Below, one piece after another: positions 27,221-37,032 of a stretch of 64,000 nt of DNA (the stretch's first letter is position 1; each line of letters starts with the position of its first letter). Under the pieces are notes generated by a model. That model was given only the letters and a program-made list of their open reading frames with translations. It ran no database searches and was not told where the DNA came from. The DNA comes from Candidatus Helarchaeota archaeon. Its GTDB lineage: Archaea; Asgardarchaeota; Lokiarchaeia; Helarchaeales; RDOG01. The stretch is taken from the NCBI GenBank assembly GCA_019058315.1, contig JAHPZH010000003.1, positions 73,669 to 137,668 of the forward strand, written 5' to 3'. Position numbers and translations under genes: made by a program.

Positions 27221-28513
27221 TTAATCAAATTTTCTTAAGTCAACTATTTCTTCTTTGCCCTTAATTTCTCCAGGTTTGACAAATTCGACATTTGGTTTTA
27301 GAATAATCGCATCTGCTAATTCTTTATTAATCTCATTTAAGGGTAGTGAGCTTGGATCTCCATCAAATTCTACTTTTATTACGAATTCATCACTGATATT
27401 ATCCGGTCGAGTAACAACAACTTGAAACTTCTTTAATCCGTGTTTTTTAAGCACATTTTTTACTTGTTTGGGATGTAAAAACTGACCTTTTACCTTGATT
27501 ATTTGATTTACTCTACCTAACCATCTTTCAAGTTTAGGTGATGTCCTACCGCAACCACATATAGCTTCATCCATTACTCTGGATGCATCACCTGTGCAGA
27601 ATCTGATGAATGGAATAGCACGTCGATATGGAACTGTTACTATAACCTCCCCACGTTCACCAGGAGGAAGTGATTCTTTAGTGTTAGGATCTACAATCTC
27701 CGTAACCATAGTTTCTTCTAAATGCATTCCTTGTGCTAAACCGCATTCTCTTCCAATAATTCCTAAATCTGCAATCCCATAAACTTGTCTAGCCATCATA
27801 TCAAATGTATCTTCAAGATTTTTTCGTAGAGATTCAGGTAATGGTTCTGCTGTGAAACAACCCACATCAATTGATAACTCTTCCTTTGTGTTTACTCCTT
27901 GTTTATTAGCTTTTTTACCTAACTTACCAAGAAAGCTAGGAGTTCCAATAAATCCGGTAACGTTTAATTGTTTCATTAATTCAATTTGGACATCAGTCTT
28001 ACCCGTCCCCATTGGAATGGATATAGCACCTATCAAATTTACACCTTGAGTGAAACCCAGACCTGCTGGAACACCAGCGAAAGAGAAAGTAACATTTACA
28101 ATATCTCCTTTTCGAAAACCATTACAATAAAGGGCTTTGCAAAGCGAATTTCCAACTGATGTCATAGCTTTTATACTAAAACCTTCTAATAATGGACCCG
28201 GAGATCTAAAAACTACATTTAAATCATTGAGTGGGATTGCCAATAAACCTCCAAATGGGGGATTATTTTTTTGAATTTCGACTAATTCTGATTTTTCAGT
28301 AAGGGGAACATTATAGAAATCTTCAAGAGTCTTAATATCAATTGGTTTTATACCAGCTGCATCGAATTTGTCATGATAATATTTTGTGTTGTTGTAAGCA
28401 TATTCACAAAATTCACGAATTAATTTCTCTTGAAATTCTTTTTGTTCTTTTCTAGGCATGGTTTCATGTTTTTCATCATAATATCCTATCATTCTTTCTT
28501 CTCGAGAAACCAT
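27221..28513 (-). CDS. Phenylacetate-CoA ligase / F390 synthetase-like AMP-forming ligase
   Basis: GTPSFL, TAEP, YGIADLG, IRFCTGD and CGCGRTSP..GR...IKVKG motifs. Confidence 0.85.
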   Translation of the reverse strand: MVSREERMIGYYDEKHETMPRKEQKEFQEKLIREFCEYAYNNTKYYHDKFDAAGIKPIDIKTLEDFYNVPLTEKSELVEIQKNNPPFGGLLAIPLNDLNVVFRSPGPLLEGFSIKAMTSVGNSLCKALYCNGFRKGDIVNVTFSFAGVPAGLGFTQGVNLIGAISIPMGTGKTDVQIELMKQLNVTGFIGTPSFLGKLGKKANKQGVNTKEELSIDVGCFTAEPLPESLRKNLEDTFDMMARQVYGIADLGIIGRECGLAQGMHLEETMVTEIVDPNTKESLPPGERGEVIVTVPYRRAIPFIRFCTGDASRVMDEAICGCGRTSPKLERWLGRVNQIIKVKGQFLHPKQVKNVLKKHGLKKFQVVVTRPDNISDEFVIKVEFDGDPSSLPLNEINKELADAIILKPNVEFVKPGEIKGKEEIVDLRKFD

Positions 28514-29527
28514 TTAATCCAACCTCCTTGGATAATTAACCAATCTAGGTGAAGTCCTTCCACATTCACAAACTTCCTCATTTATTGAACCTCTTGCGCC
28601 TAGACGAAATCTAATATAAGGTAAAGTATTACGAAATGGAATCGTCACCACAATCTCTCCTTCTTCTCCAACGTTAACAGGTTCTAGAGAGCTTGTGTCA
28701 AGAATTTCAACTAATAATTCTTCAGATAAATGGAATCCGTTCATTTGAGGGCATTCTCTGCCTACAACACCTACTTCATCATGAACAAATAAACCTCGCA
28801 AAACCATGTCCCATTTATTGATTAATTCTTTTCTAATTTCATCCCCTAATGGTGAGCCAACAACGCAACCAACGTCAATTTTTAGATCTTTCGGATTAAT
28901 TCCTTCTTTTTCACAAGTTTCAGTTAATGTTTGAAAAAACATTATATCACCGATAATCCCGTTTATTCCTAACTGTTTTATTGTCTCTATTTGCGATTTA
29001 TGCCCTGTGGACCCTAGGGGCACGGCGCAACAACCAAATGTCAATATAGCTTGATATAACCCGAATCCTCTAGCACCACCCGCAGCCAAAGCGACAGCTA
29101 TATCGATAATATCAGCTTTCCGCAAACCGGCGGAATACAGAGCTTTAGAAGAGGCATTTCCTGAGCCTGTTGCCTCTTTTAATGATGTCGGAATGAGGAA
29201 AGGTTTGTTATCAATTATTGATACTAAAATGGTACCTATTTTTTCGATTGGAAGCATTAATAAACCACCCCAAGGGGGATTTTCTCGCTGCGCATTTAAG
29301 AACTCCTCCATGGTAATAAGCGGTAATTTTGATATTTTTTCTTTATCACTAATATCTTCAGGGGTTAAATTAGCTTCCTTCATCTTATTTTTATAAAATT
29401 GAGAATTTTGAAAGGCATGATTTAAAATCCATTTAAAATCCTTCCATTGTTTTTCTTTTAAATCTTTCAAAGGCTTTGTGACTTGACTTTTTCTGTAATA
29501 ACCAGTATTTCTATCAGATTTACTCAT
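28514..29527 (-). CDS. Degenerate, C-terminally short PaaK-like paralog
   Basis: PPWGGLL, GREC, GEEGEIVVT and CECGRTSPRL motifs. Ends where the partner's C-terminal domain begins. Confidence 0.75.
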   Translation of the reverse strand: MSKSDRNTGYYRKSQVTKPLKDLKEKQWKDFKWILNHAFQNSQFYKNKMKEANLTPEDISDKEKISKLPLITMEEFLNAQRENPPWGGLLMLPIEKIGTILVSIIDNKPFLIPTSLKEATGSGNASSKALYSAGLRKADIIDIAVALAAGGARGFGLYQAILTFGCCAVPLGSTGHKSQIETIKQLGINGIIGDIMFFQTLTETCEKEGINPKDLKIDVGCVVGSPLGDEIRKELINKWDMVLRGLFVHDEVGVVGRECPQMNGFHLSEELLVEILDTSSLEPVNVGEEGEIVVTIPFRNTLPYIRFRLGARGSINEEVCECGRTSPRLVNYPRRLD

Positions 29528-29647
29528 TATCTCTCCGATCCTTTTAATTATTATATATTATCAATTAAAAATTTATTTTGATTATGTTTCAACTTTAATA
29601 TTAAAAATAACTTATTAAAATTCTGTTATATTAATGACTCAATTAAT

Positions 29648-30361
29648 ATGAATTTTGGATCGATAAAATTGGTAAAACATATTGGAATAGTAGCTTGCAG
29701 CGCTGAAGGAGCATCTCTTTGCTATCGAACTATCTGTATAGAATCACAACAAGAGTTGGGTGAATATAGGCATCCTGAAATAACAATGCACACACCATCA
29801 TTTTCAGAATATATGGTAAATATCCGAACTGGCCGTTGGGATAAAGTTGCGCAATTAATGCTTTTATCAAGTCAAAAGGTTGCTCAAGCTGGAGCTGATT
29901 TTGCAATTTGTCCTGATAATACTATTCACCAAGCCTTTGATCTTATGGTTTCTAAATCACCAATTCCTTGGTTACATATTGCAGAAGTTGTTGGAGAGAA
30001 AGCAAGAGAAATGGGATATATGAAGTTGGGAATCTTGGGAACAGTATATATAATGACAGGCCTAATGTACCCAACTTCTCTTAAAAAGTTTGATATTACT
30101 TTTGAGATACCAGAAAAAGAAGATCGAGAGAAAATTAATAATATTATTTTTAAAGAACTTGTAAACGGTATATTTACTGAAAAATCACGACTTTATTTTA
30201 ATGAAATTATTCAAAAGTTTAAAAATTCGGGATGTGATGCGGTAGTTTTGGGTTGCACTGAAATTCCATTAATTGTAGACCCAAATGATTGCCCTTTACC
30301 AACATTGGACTCAACTCGTTTACTTGCAAGAGCCGCTATAAGAAAAGCTCTCGAAATATAA
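29648..30361 (+). CDS. Aspartate/glutamate racemase family amino acid racemase
   Basis: CPDNTIH, LGILGT, LGCTEIPL and DST..LA motifs. Confidence 0.88.
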   Translation: MNFGSIKLVKHIGIVACSAEGASLCYRTICIESQQELGEYRHPEITMHTPSFSEYMVNIRTGRWDKVAQLMLLSSQKVAQAGADFAICPDNTIHQAFDLMVSKSPIPWLHIAEVVGEKAREMGYMKLGILGTVYIMTGLMYPTSLKKFDITFEIPEKEDREKINNIIFKELVNGIFTEKSRLYFNEIIQKFKNSGCDAVVLGCTEIPLIVDPNDCPLPTLDSTRLLARAAIRKALEI

Positions 30362-30438
30362 CATTAATTGAAAAAAATATAAACCAATAACGCAATTATG
30401 GTAATATAAATTTCCTTCATGGTTTTGGTGTTATTTTA

Positions 30439-30801
30439 TTGGGAAGATTAGATAAAAAATCGGAAAAAAAGAACAAATCCGAAATAAAATCCAAAGAAGA
30501 ATTAAAAAAACATAATGAAGCAGTAATTAACGCCATATTAAAAGATTTATCCGAATCTGAGAAAGCACTTCAAATAAATGAGAAACATCCTGAGGAAAAT
30601 ACTATAACAGATATTGAAATTTTACCTCAACTAAAAATGGAATCCAAGGAAATCTCTGAAGATATAGAATTAACTCAAAATAAAGGCACTATAGAAAATT
30701 TGGAGAAAATTTTTGAAAATGAAACTGGAAAACATGCAATTTGGCGTGGAAAAGAAACTAAAAGCTTTATTCAATGGAAAAAAAAGAGACAGAAGTCATA
30801 A
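30439..30801 (+). CDS. Hypothetical protein (charged, with compact C-terminal ETGKHAIWRGKETK..W motif)
   Basis: 120-aa ORF filling the intergenic gap. No function recognised. Confidence 0.6.
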   Translation: MGRLDKKSEKKNKSEIKSKEELKKHNEAVINAILKDLSESEKALQINEKHPEENTITDIEILPQLKMESKEISEDIELTQNKGTIENLEKIFENETGKHAIWRGKETKSFIQWKKKRQKS

Positions 30802-30879
30802 ATTTGAAAATAAAATTATTATTTTTTAGTTAAAATAAAGTGGAATTTTATTTACTTCTAATAGAAAAAAATATAAAAA

Positions 30880-32286
30880 GTGGATGAAATGAGTAAAGAA
30901 TTATTTGATATGATAGACAGATTAATCATAAATCTTATGGGTGAAACAAAAATCCCTGGCCTTGCTATTGGAATTGTAAAAGATGGAGAACCATTTTATA
31001 CTAAAGGATTTGGTGCAAGAAACTTGGAAAAAAATCTTCCCTTCACTCCAGATACTCTATTTGGAATTGGTTCTATCTCAAAATCCTTTACAGCTTTATC
31101 CATAAACCAACTTGCTGAGCAAGGAAAAATAGATCTCCATGAACCAGTTAGAAAATATATTAATTTTAAGCTCGGAAAAAGAAAAAATCCAATAACAATC
31201 CATCATTTACTTTCCCATTCCTCTGGGATTCCTGAACTTCATGCAACTATTTTAACATTAATACGCAGTCTGGGCTCTTTAGATTCTATAATTCCTATGA
31301 GCAGTTGGGATGATTTCTTGCTGCATATCAATGGTGCAGAAAAAGAAATTTTCGATGAACCAGGAAAGTGTTATTTTTATAATAATGATGCTTTCGCTTG
31401 TCTTGGTCTGATTATTGAAGAAGTTACAAATATGAAATTTGAGGATTATATTAGAAAAAATATTCTTAACCCTCTAGAAATGAAGAGATCAACATATTTA
31501 AAGATTGATTATGAAAAAGATAATAACGTAATGACGGGATATTTACCTTCTGATGATGATAAGCCCTTAAGAGCAACACCTCCTCCATTCGATAAAATAA
31601 TGTATCCAGCAGGGGGATTATTAAGTTCAGTTCGAGAGATGCAAAATTACATAATTGCTTTATTAAATAAAGGAAAATTTAAAGATAAACAAATAATTCA
31701 AAAATCTTCATTAGATAAAATCTGGACTCCCCATACAAAATTACCAGCAGGAACTAGTTATGGTGAAGGAGATGCCTGGTATTGTTATGGTTGGACTCTA
31801 GAAAAAGATTTTTTTGAACAAACATTAATACATCACGGAGGAAATGCATTAACATCTTCTGGATTTTTAGCAATTCATCCAGTTGAAAAGATGGGTATTA
31901 TTATTGGAGTTAATTGTAGTATTCAAGTGGTTCTTGGAGTTATTGTACGCGGATTACTTGCTCTTCTATTAGGTAAAGATATTAATCAAGCCATACCAAT
32001 AATAAATGCTCAACGAAAATTAAGCTTGTTGACAGGTAAGTATGCAATATATAAAGGACTTCAAACTTTAGAAATCTTGCTTGAAAACGGTATTCTTTTC
32101 TTAAAAATCAAATACCCATTAACATCCAAACCGTTAATTGTGTCCCTTGCTTGTGAAAATCTTGAAGAACTAAAATTTTATGTGCCTTTTGCAATTCCCA
32201 ATCAAAAAATCAACGTCCAATTCTTAATTGATAAAAAAGGAAAAGTTCACTTATTAATAGATCGATATTATTTCCATAAATTATAA
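30880..32286 (+). CDS. Serine hydrolase, beta-lactamase class C / D-aminopeptidase (Pab87-like) family
   Basis: SxxK (SISK), LLSHSSG, YxN (YNN), PAGGL and HGG motifs. Confidence 0.9.
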   Translation: MDEMSKELFDMIDRLIINLMGETKIPGLAIGIVKDGEPFYTKGFGARNLEKNLPFTPDTLFGIGSISKSFTALSINQLAEQGKIDLHEPVRKYINFKLGKRKNPITIHHLLSHSSGIPELHATILTLIRSLGSLDSIIPMSSWDDFLLHINGAEKEIFDEPGKCYFYNNDAFACLGLIIEEVTNMKFEDYIRKNILNPLEMKRSTYLKIDYEKDNNVMTGYLPSDDDKPLRATPPPFDKIMYPAGGLLSSVREMQNYIIALLNKGKFKDKQIIQKSSLDKIWTPHTKLPAGTSYGEGDAWYCYGWTLEKDFFEQTLIHHGGNALTSSGFLAIHPVEKMGIIIGVNCSIQVVLGVIVRGLLALLLGKDINQAIPIINAQRKLSLLTGKYAIYKGLQTLEILLENGILFLKIKYPLTSKPLIVSLACENLEELKFYVPFAIPNQKINVQFLIDKKGKVHLLIDRYYFHKL

Positions 32287-32302
32287 GATATATATTCCTT
32301 AA

Positions 32303-32797
32303 TTAAATTCCAACGATTGAACTTCTTCTTTCCATTAACACAACATCTCTCCATTTACCATTTAATTGACCGATTCGTTCTCTTATGCCCACTTCTTTAA
32401 ATCCACAAGCTTTATGAAGTGATATGCTCGCAATATTTTCAGGAAATATTTTTGCTTGCAATGTCCATATACCATTCTTTTCAGATTCTTTAATAACAGA
32501 TTTTAGAAGACTCTTTCCTATACCTTTACCTCTTGCAGAAGATGTTAAATATATACTTACTTCCGCAACACCAGTATAAGCACACACACCTGAGAATGGA
32601 CTTAAAGCAGCCCAACCTATAACTTTATTATTACTTTTTACAACCAAGCGACAATTTTTTAAATGGTTTCTATCCCATTCCTCCCAACTTGGACACTCAG
32701 TTATAAATGTGGCATTTCCAGTCGCGATACCCTCATTGAAAATCGATTTAACCGAAGACCAGTCGTCATTTTCCATCTTTTGAATTTTAAAATTCAT
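32303..32797 (-). CDS. GNAT acetyltransferase, phosphinothricin/YncA-like
   Basis: ATF, AEVSIY, RGKGIG, IFPEN.AS..LH and WRDV..MERRS motifs. Confidence 0.9.
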   Translation of the reverse strand: MNFKIQKMENDDWSSVKSIFNEGIATGNATFITECPSWEEWDRNHLKNCRLVVKSNNKVIGWAALSPFSGVCAYTGVAEVSIYLTSSARGKGIGKSLLKSVIKESEKNGIWTLQAKIFPENIASISLHKACGFKEVGIRERIGQLNGKWRDVVLMERRSSIVGI

Positions 32798-32836
32798 AAT
32801 ATAACCTTATGGAGGGAATAAAAAATGTAGAATTCA

Positions 32837-34354
32837 TTAAATTTCAAAATCAATCTCTGCAACAGGTGCAGCTGCAGTAGATATACCTTCTGCTGTTTTA
32901 TACTCTTCGAGAGTTCTTTTTTCTACCTTTTTAATATATTCTTGTAATTTCCGATCAATATCAGGTGATATTTCAGGAGGTACATATGATTTAATTATGT
33001 CATCAATTTTTTCTTTAGCGATTGCAATTAAATCCCGAGAACCTTCTTTACGCCATCTACTTCGACGCTTGCGATCCAATAATTTAGGTATATATAATTC
33101 TTTTTTCATATGTTTTAATGTGTGCATCTCTCCTAAAAATGAAACACCTTTTTCAGTACTTGTTGCAATCTTCTTAATGACATCCAATGCAAGAGTTTCA
33201 TCATTAACCGTTATGCCATCAAATGCTCTCTTTATTATTCCTACTAATTCATCATCAATCACTAAAAGTTCAAGAGCTTCAGTTAAGGTTGATTCATAAG
33301 TACCAGCACATGTAATATAATTAATTCCTGCTTGTGCAGCTAATAAGAGAGTTTGTAACCGCTCAATTCCATTTTGAATATCTAAACATTTCGAATCTGT
33401 AACTCCACCAACTCCCCGAGATGGAATATTATAAAATCTTGCTAATTGAGCAATTCCTGTAGTAATTAAGCCTGTTTCCAATGCTCCTAAGGCGGTATTT
33501 CCTGAACGCATATCGGTTGCACATGAGACAGTTCCAAAAAATACCGGGCTTTTTGGATCATATATTTGCGCTAAAATGATTCCACCAATAATTTCAGCAT
33601 TGGTTTGTACTAATAATCCTGCTAATGTTACAGGTGCAGTACTACCTGCAAGAGCTTCTGGTGCAATAATTGTAGGTTGTTTATATTTAGCAAAGACTTG
33701 AAGACCATTTGTCATTATTTGAGGAAGTTGTAACGGACTAGTTGGATTCACAAATCCTACAAGTCTAGGTTTCTTTATAAGTTCCTCATCATCACCTACA
33801 ATTATAGATACCATATTCATCATATCTTGACTCGCAACCTTTCCATAACATCCCAAACCATATGGTTTGCGAGTATTTTTTGACCATTGATAAATACATT
33901 GAGCGTGGATTGAGGTAAATTGAACATCATTTGGCCATACATCCACATGAGAACAATTGATATGCTTCAAAGAATCAACTACTCGAATTTGTTGAATTGT
34001 ATCTGCTAGAACTGTTTTTCTAACTTTGGTTTTCTTTGAAGGATCGTAAATTTTCACTGGCGTTCCTATTGTAGCAAATTGAGTAGTTTTGGTATTTACT
34101 TCAAAATTAAAAGATCCATCAGGACCATGTAATTTGAATGAATTTGGAACTAATTTTAACTGTTCCTTAATGAATGATTCAGAAAATTTTACAAAAGAGG
34201 ATTTTTCATCAGTTTCTGCACCCTTTTTTTGAAGTAATTTACGAGTTTTAGGATCTTCAATTTGAATACCAACAGTTTCAAGTAATGACATAGTTGAATT
34301 GTGGATTGTGTTAATCTCATCCTTAGAAAGAACTTCAATTTTTTTCAATCTCAT
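32837..34354 (-). CDS. mttB: Trimethylamine methyltransferase MttB superfamily, non-pyrrolysine (MtgB-like)
   Basis: SPL, AGSTAPVTLAG..VQ.NAE, DMRSG, TDSK..D.Q.G.E and LVIDDE motifs. No in-frame amber codon. Confidence 0.9.
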   Translation of the reverse strand: MRLKKIEVLSKDEINTIHNSTMSLLETVGIQIEDPKTRKLLQKKGAETDEKSSFVKFSESFIKEQLKLVPNSFKLHGPDGSFNFEVNTKTTQFATIGTPVKIYDPSKKTKVRKTVLADTIQQIRVVDSLKHINCSHVDVWPNDVQFTSIHAQCIYQWSKNTRKPYGLGCYGKVASQDMMNMVSIIVGDDEELIKKPRLVGFVNPTSPLQLPQIMTNGLQVFAKYKQPTIIAPEALAGSTAPVTLAGLLVQTNAEIIGGIILAQIYDPKSPVFFGTVSCATDMRSGNTALGALETGLITTGIAQLARFYNIPSRGVGGVTDSKCLDIQNGIERLQTLLLAAQAGINYITCAGTYESTLTEALELLVIDDELVGIIKRAFDGITVNDETLALDVIKKIATSTEKGVSFLGEMHTLKHMKKELYIPKLLDRKRRSRWRKEGSRDLIAIAKEKIDDIIKSYVPPEISPDIDRKLQEYIKKVEKRTLEEYKTAEGISTAAAPVAEIDFEI

Positions 34355-34380
34355 TTAGATATCAACTCTGATATGATCAT

Positions 34381-35046
34381 TTAATCATGAATGTTTAATA
34401 ATTTTTTAGCTAGAGCAACAGCTTCTATGGCGTCATCTGCCCATCCATCTGCACCAATTTGCTTCGCCCACTCTTCGGATGTCGGGCTACCACCTATGAT
34501 TACTTTATATTTTTCTCGAATACCCCTAGATTTTAATTCTTCTATCACTCGACGCTGTTCATCCATAGACATAGTTATAAGAGCTGAAAGACCTATTATT
34601 TGAGCTCCAACTTCTTCTGCCTTGTCTATAAACGCTTGAGCAGTAACGTCCACTCCAATATTAAATACTTCAAATCCGTTAGAAAATAAAAACGATCCAA
34701 CAAGATCTTTCCCAATCGAATGTATATCACCTTCCACAGTCCCAATGATCACTTTCCCCTTTGTTTGTCGTTCACTTTTCCCTAATTTTTTAATAACAGG
34801 ATCGATAATTTCATCCATAGTGACTTTAACAACATTAGAAGCCATAATTAATTCAGGAACGTAATATTCTTCCTTTTCAAACTTAATTCCTATTAATTTC
34901 ATAATATCTCCAATAATCTTAATGATGCTCTCTGGTGTTGCTTCATTACTATCAATGGCTTTTCTACAAAATTCTTTTAATCCATTTTTATCGAAATTTA
35001 AGATTAAATCTTTAATTCTTTCGTCAATCGACATTGCTCTATTCAC
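34381..35046 (-). CDS. mttC: Corrinoid (B12-binding) protein, MttC-like
   Basis: GTVEGDIHSIGK (DxHxxG), GLSAL and IIGG motifs. Start may be ATG 35034. Confidence 0.9.
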   Translation of the reverse strand: MNRAMSIDERIKDLILNFDKNGLKEFCRKAIDSNEATPESIIKIIGDIMKLIGIKFEKEEYYVPELIMASNVVKVTMDEIIDPVIKKLGKSERQTKGKVIIGTVEGDIHSIGKDLVGSFLFSNGFEVFNIGVDVTAQAFIDKAEEVGAQIIGLSALITMSMDEQRRVIEELKSRGIREKYKVIIGGSPTSEEWAKQIGADGWADDAIEAVALAKKLLNIHD

Positions 35047-35137
35047 TTTTAGTAGTAATGTGATATAATACTATAAATAACTATTAAATTAAATCTTCGC
35101 TTGAGATTTAATTGAAAAAAAGAAAAATAAGACAATA

Positions 35138-36280
35138 TTAGGCTGGAATTTGTTTTATAACTTTTCCCGGTAATTTTGTTATTATTTGTTCGGCTTGTTG
35201 TACAATTCCATCAATCATTTCTTTTACTGTAGGGATGCTATGGATTCTACCAGTGACTGCGCCGCCCAAGAACGCCGCCTCATCTTCAAGTCCATCCATT
35301 AAATTCGCAAAACCCGACATTTCTACTTTCATTATTTCATTAGTCGAGGGGCATGGTATTCCGCGATATAAATCTGAGGCCCCTTCAATTGTTGCATCAA
35401 TGATTTCGAGAGTTTTGGGATTTCTTACAAATCGCATTGGTCCAAAAACTCCACGACCAACTAATGTATCTTCTTCGGTTCTTTTAACTAGTACTTCTTT
35501 CCATGTTTGATTGAAATCCGATTCCTTGGTGGCAATAAAACGTGTACCCATTTGAATTCCAATTGCTCCTAATGCTAGTGCGGCTGCTAATGATGCACCG
35601 TCTGCAAATCCACCAGCACCAACAACTGGTGTATTAACAGTTCTTACGACTTCAGGAAGAAGAACCATTGAAGAAACATCACGCCAAGAACAGTGTGCTC
35701 CTCCTTCTCTACCAGATGCAATAATTATATCCACTCCAGCTTTTTCGCATCGTTTTGCAGTCTTCACGCTTGGGCAAACATGGCACCAAACAATATCGGG
35801 CAATTCTTCCTTTATTGGAATTCTTGGTTTTTTGGCACCTTTTGCCTTTGCATCAACCGCCCATGGCAAGGGATCACCTGCAGATGTTACTATAACTTTA
35901 AATTTTTTCTGCATCTCCGGTTTTTCTTTCATTAGTTCAATCATGCCTTTAATCAAGCGTCGTGCCGCAAAATCGAAATCAACCGCAACTGGAGTATTCA
36001 TGCCAAATTTCGCATCGGGATGGTCTTTTAGATGGTCATATACGTATTGTATGACTTTTTTTATGATATCTTTGGGACGACCTCTCCCAAAAATTTCCTG
36101 AGCTCTTTCTGGAGTTGCTTGGGTTGCAGTTCCGCCCGCCATTCCTATGGTAGAAACCAAACCTAAACCACCAGCCTTTGCCACGGCGATACTAAGTTCG
36201 GTAGTGCTATAAGGTCCCATTCCGGCTTGTATTATTGGATATTTTGTTCCAATCATTTCTTGAAATTTTGTATAAATCAA
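35138..36280 (-). CDS. Nitronate monooxygenase / FabK-like FMN oxidoreductase
   Basis: YPIIQAGMG, AGGLG, G.EGGAH, AGGFAD and GIQMGTRF..T.ES motifs. Confidence 0.9.
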   Translation of the reverse strand: MIYTKFQEMIGTKYPIIQAGMGPYSTTELSIAVAKAGGLGLVSTIGMAGGTATQATPERAQEIFGRGRPKDIIKKVIQYVYDHLKDHPDAKFGMNTPVAVDFDFAARRLIKGMIELMKEKPEMQKKFKVIVTSAGDPLPWAVDAKAKGAKKPRIPIKEELPDIVWCHVCPSVKTAKRCEKAGVDIIIASGREGGAHCSWRDVSSMVLLPEVVRTVNTPVVGAGGFADGASLAAALALGAIGIQMGTRFIATKESDFNQTWKEVLVKRTEEDTLVGRGVFGPMRFVRNPKTLEIIDATIEGASDLYRGIPCPSTNEIMKVEMSGFANLMDGLEDEAAFLGGAVTGRIHSIPTVKEMIDGIVQQAEQIITKLPGKVIKQIPA

Positions 36281-36592
36281 TAAATTATCTCCTTTTATTC
36301 TAAATTAAGATAACAAAAAGATTTTAAAAAATTATGCCTTTATATATTATCTCAAGTAAGATAATATATTATCTCAAGTAAGATAAGTAAAAAGACAATT
36401 AATCTTAATCTAAGCACTAATACTCATTAATTATTAACAATATATCTTGATAAAACATGCCCATTTAAAATAATTTGTGCAAATTACATGCATATAGATT
36501 AATATGGTGTACATTTAATTATTTAATCTAGAAATAATAATCATTTCTTGAAATTTTGTATAAATCAATTTTTTATCTCCTTTTATCCTAAA
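36251..36592. repeat. Direct repeat of about 54 bp (36251..36304 and 36539..36592) covering the RBS and first 10 codons of the NMO gene
   Basis: aatcatttcttgaaattttgtataaatcaat is identical in both copies. About 4 mismatches overall, offset 288 bp. Confidence 0.9.
36343..36386. repeat. Exact 22-bp tandem duplication (tatattatctcaagtaagataa x2), each unit containing TTATCT-N6-AGATAA; putative double operator
   Basis: Read directly from the sequence, about 65-105 bp upstream of the NMO start. Confidence 0.8.
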
Positions 36593-36617
36593 AGCCCCCC
36601 AAGAAATCTTTAAAAAA

Positions 36618-36851
36618 TTATAGTAGACCTAGCAATAATTGAAGTTCTTCTAAATATAGTTGACGATTTTCCCCTTCTGTAAGTTCAATTGACACCTCTC
36701 CCCCGTAAAATTCGATAACTGCCATTAAATCCCCTTTTTTGTATGTTAAAATTATACTTTTTCCTGCTTTTTTACTATTTACAAAAAAGAATTTCTTTTC
36801 TTTTAAAAACGGTTTAATGATAAGTTTCCAATTTTCACCATTTGTTATCAA
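36618..36851 (-). CDS. Hypothetical protein
   Basis: 77-aa ORF with TTG start, GTGA RBS-like element and plausible composition. Confidence 0.5.
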   Translation of the reverse strand: MITNGENWKLIIKPFLKEKKFFFVNSKKAGKSIILTYKKGDLMAVIEFYGGEVSIELTEGENRQLYLEELQLLLGLL

Positions 36852-37032
36852 AATATCACAAATCCATTAAGAGCCTATTTTATTAATTTGAATTAATTAT
36901 TTTAACCTCTTTAAAGATTTTAAAAAGATTTTTATATTTTTTATCTTAAAATTGATAGAAATCCAAAAAAGATTGACTGTAAATTTATTATTTATATCAT
37001 TTTAACAAAAAATCTGCTAAAAAAAGTTTAGG

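Noticed and set aside
32837-34354. Pyrrolysine read-through in mttB
   Set aside because: The ORF is full length (505 aa) with no in-frame TAG.
36251-36592. IS/MITE with target-site duplication
   Set aside because: No terminal inverted repeats or transposase were seen, and 54 bp is much longer than typical TSDs. It is kept only as a direct repeat.
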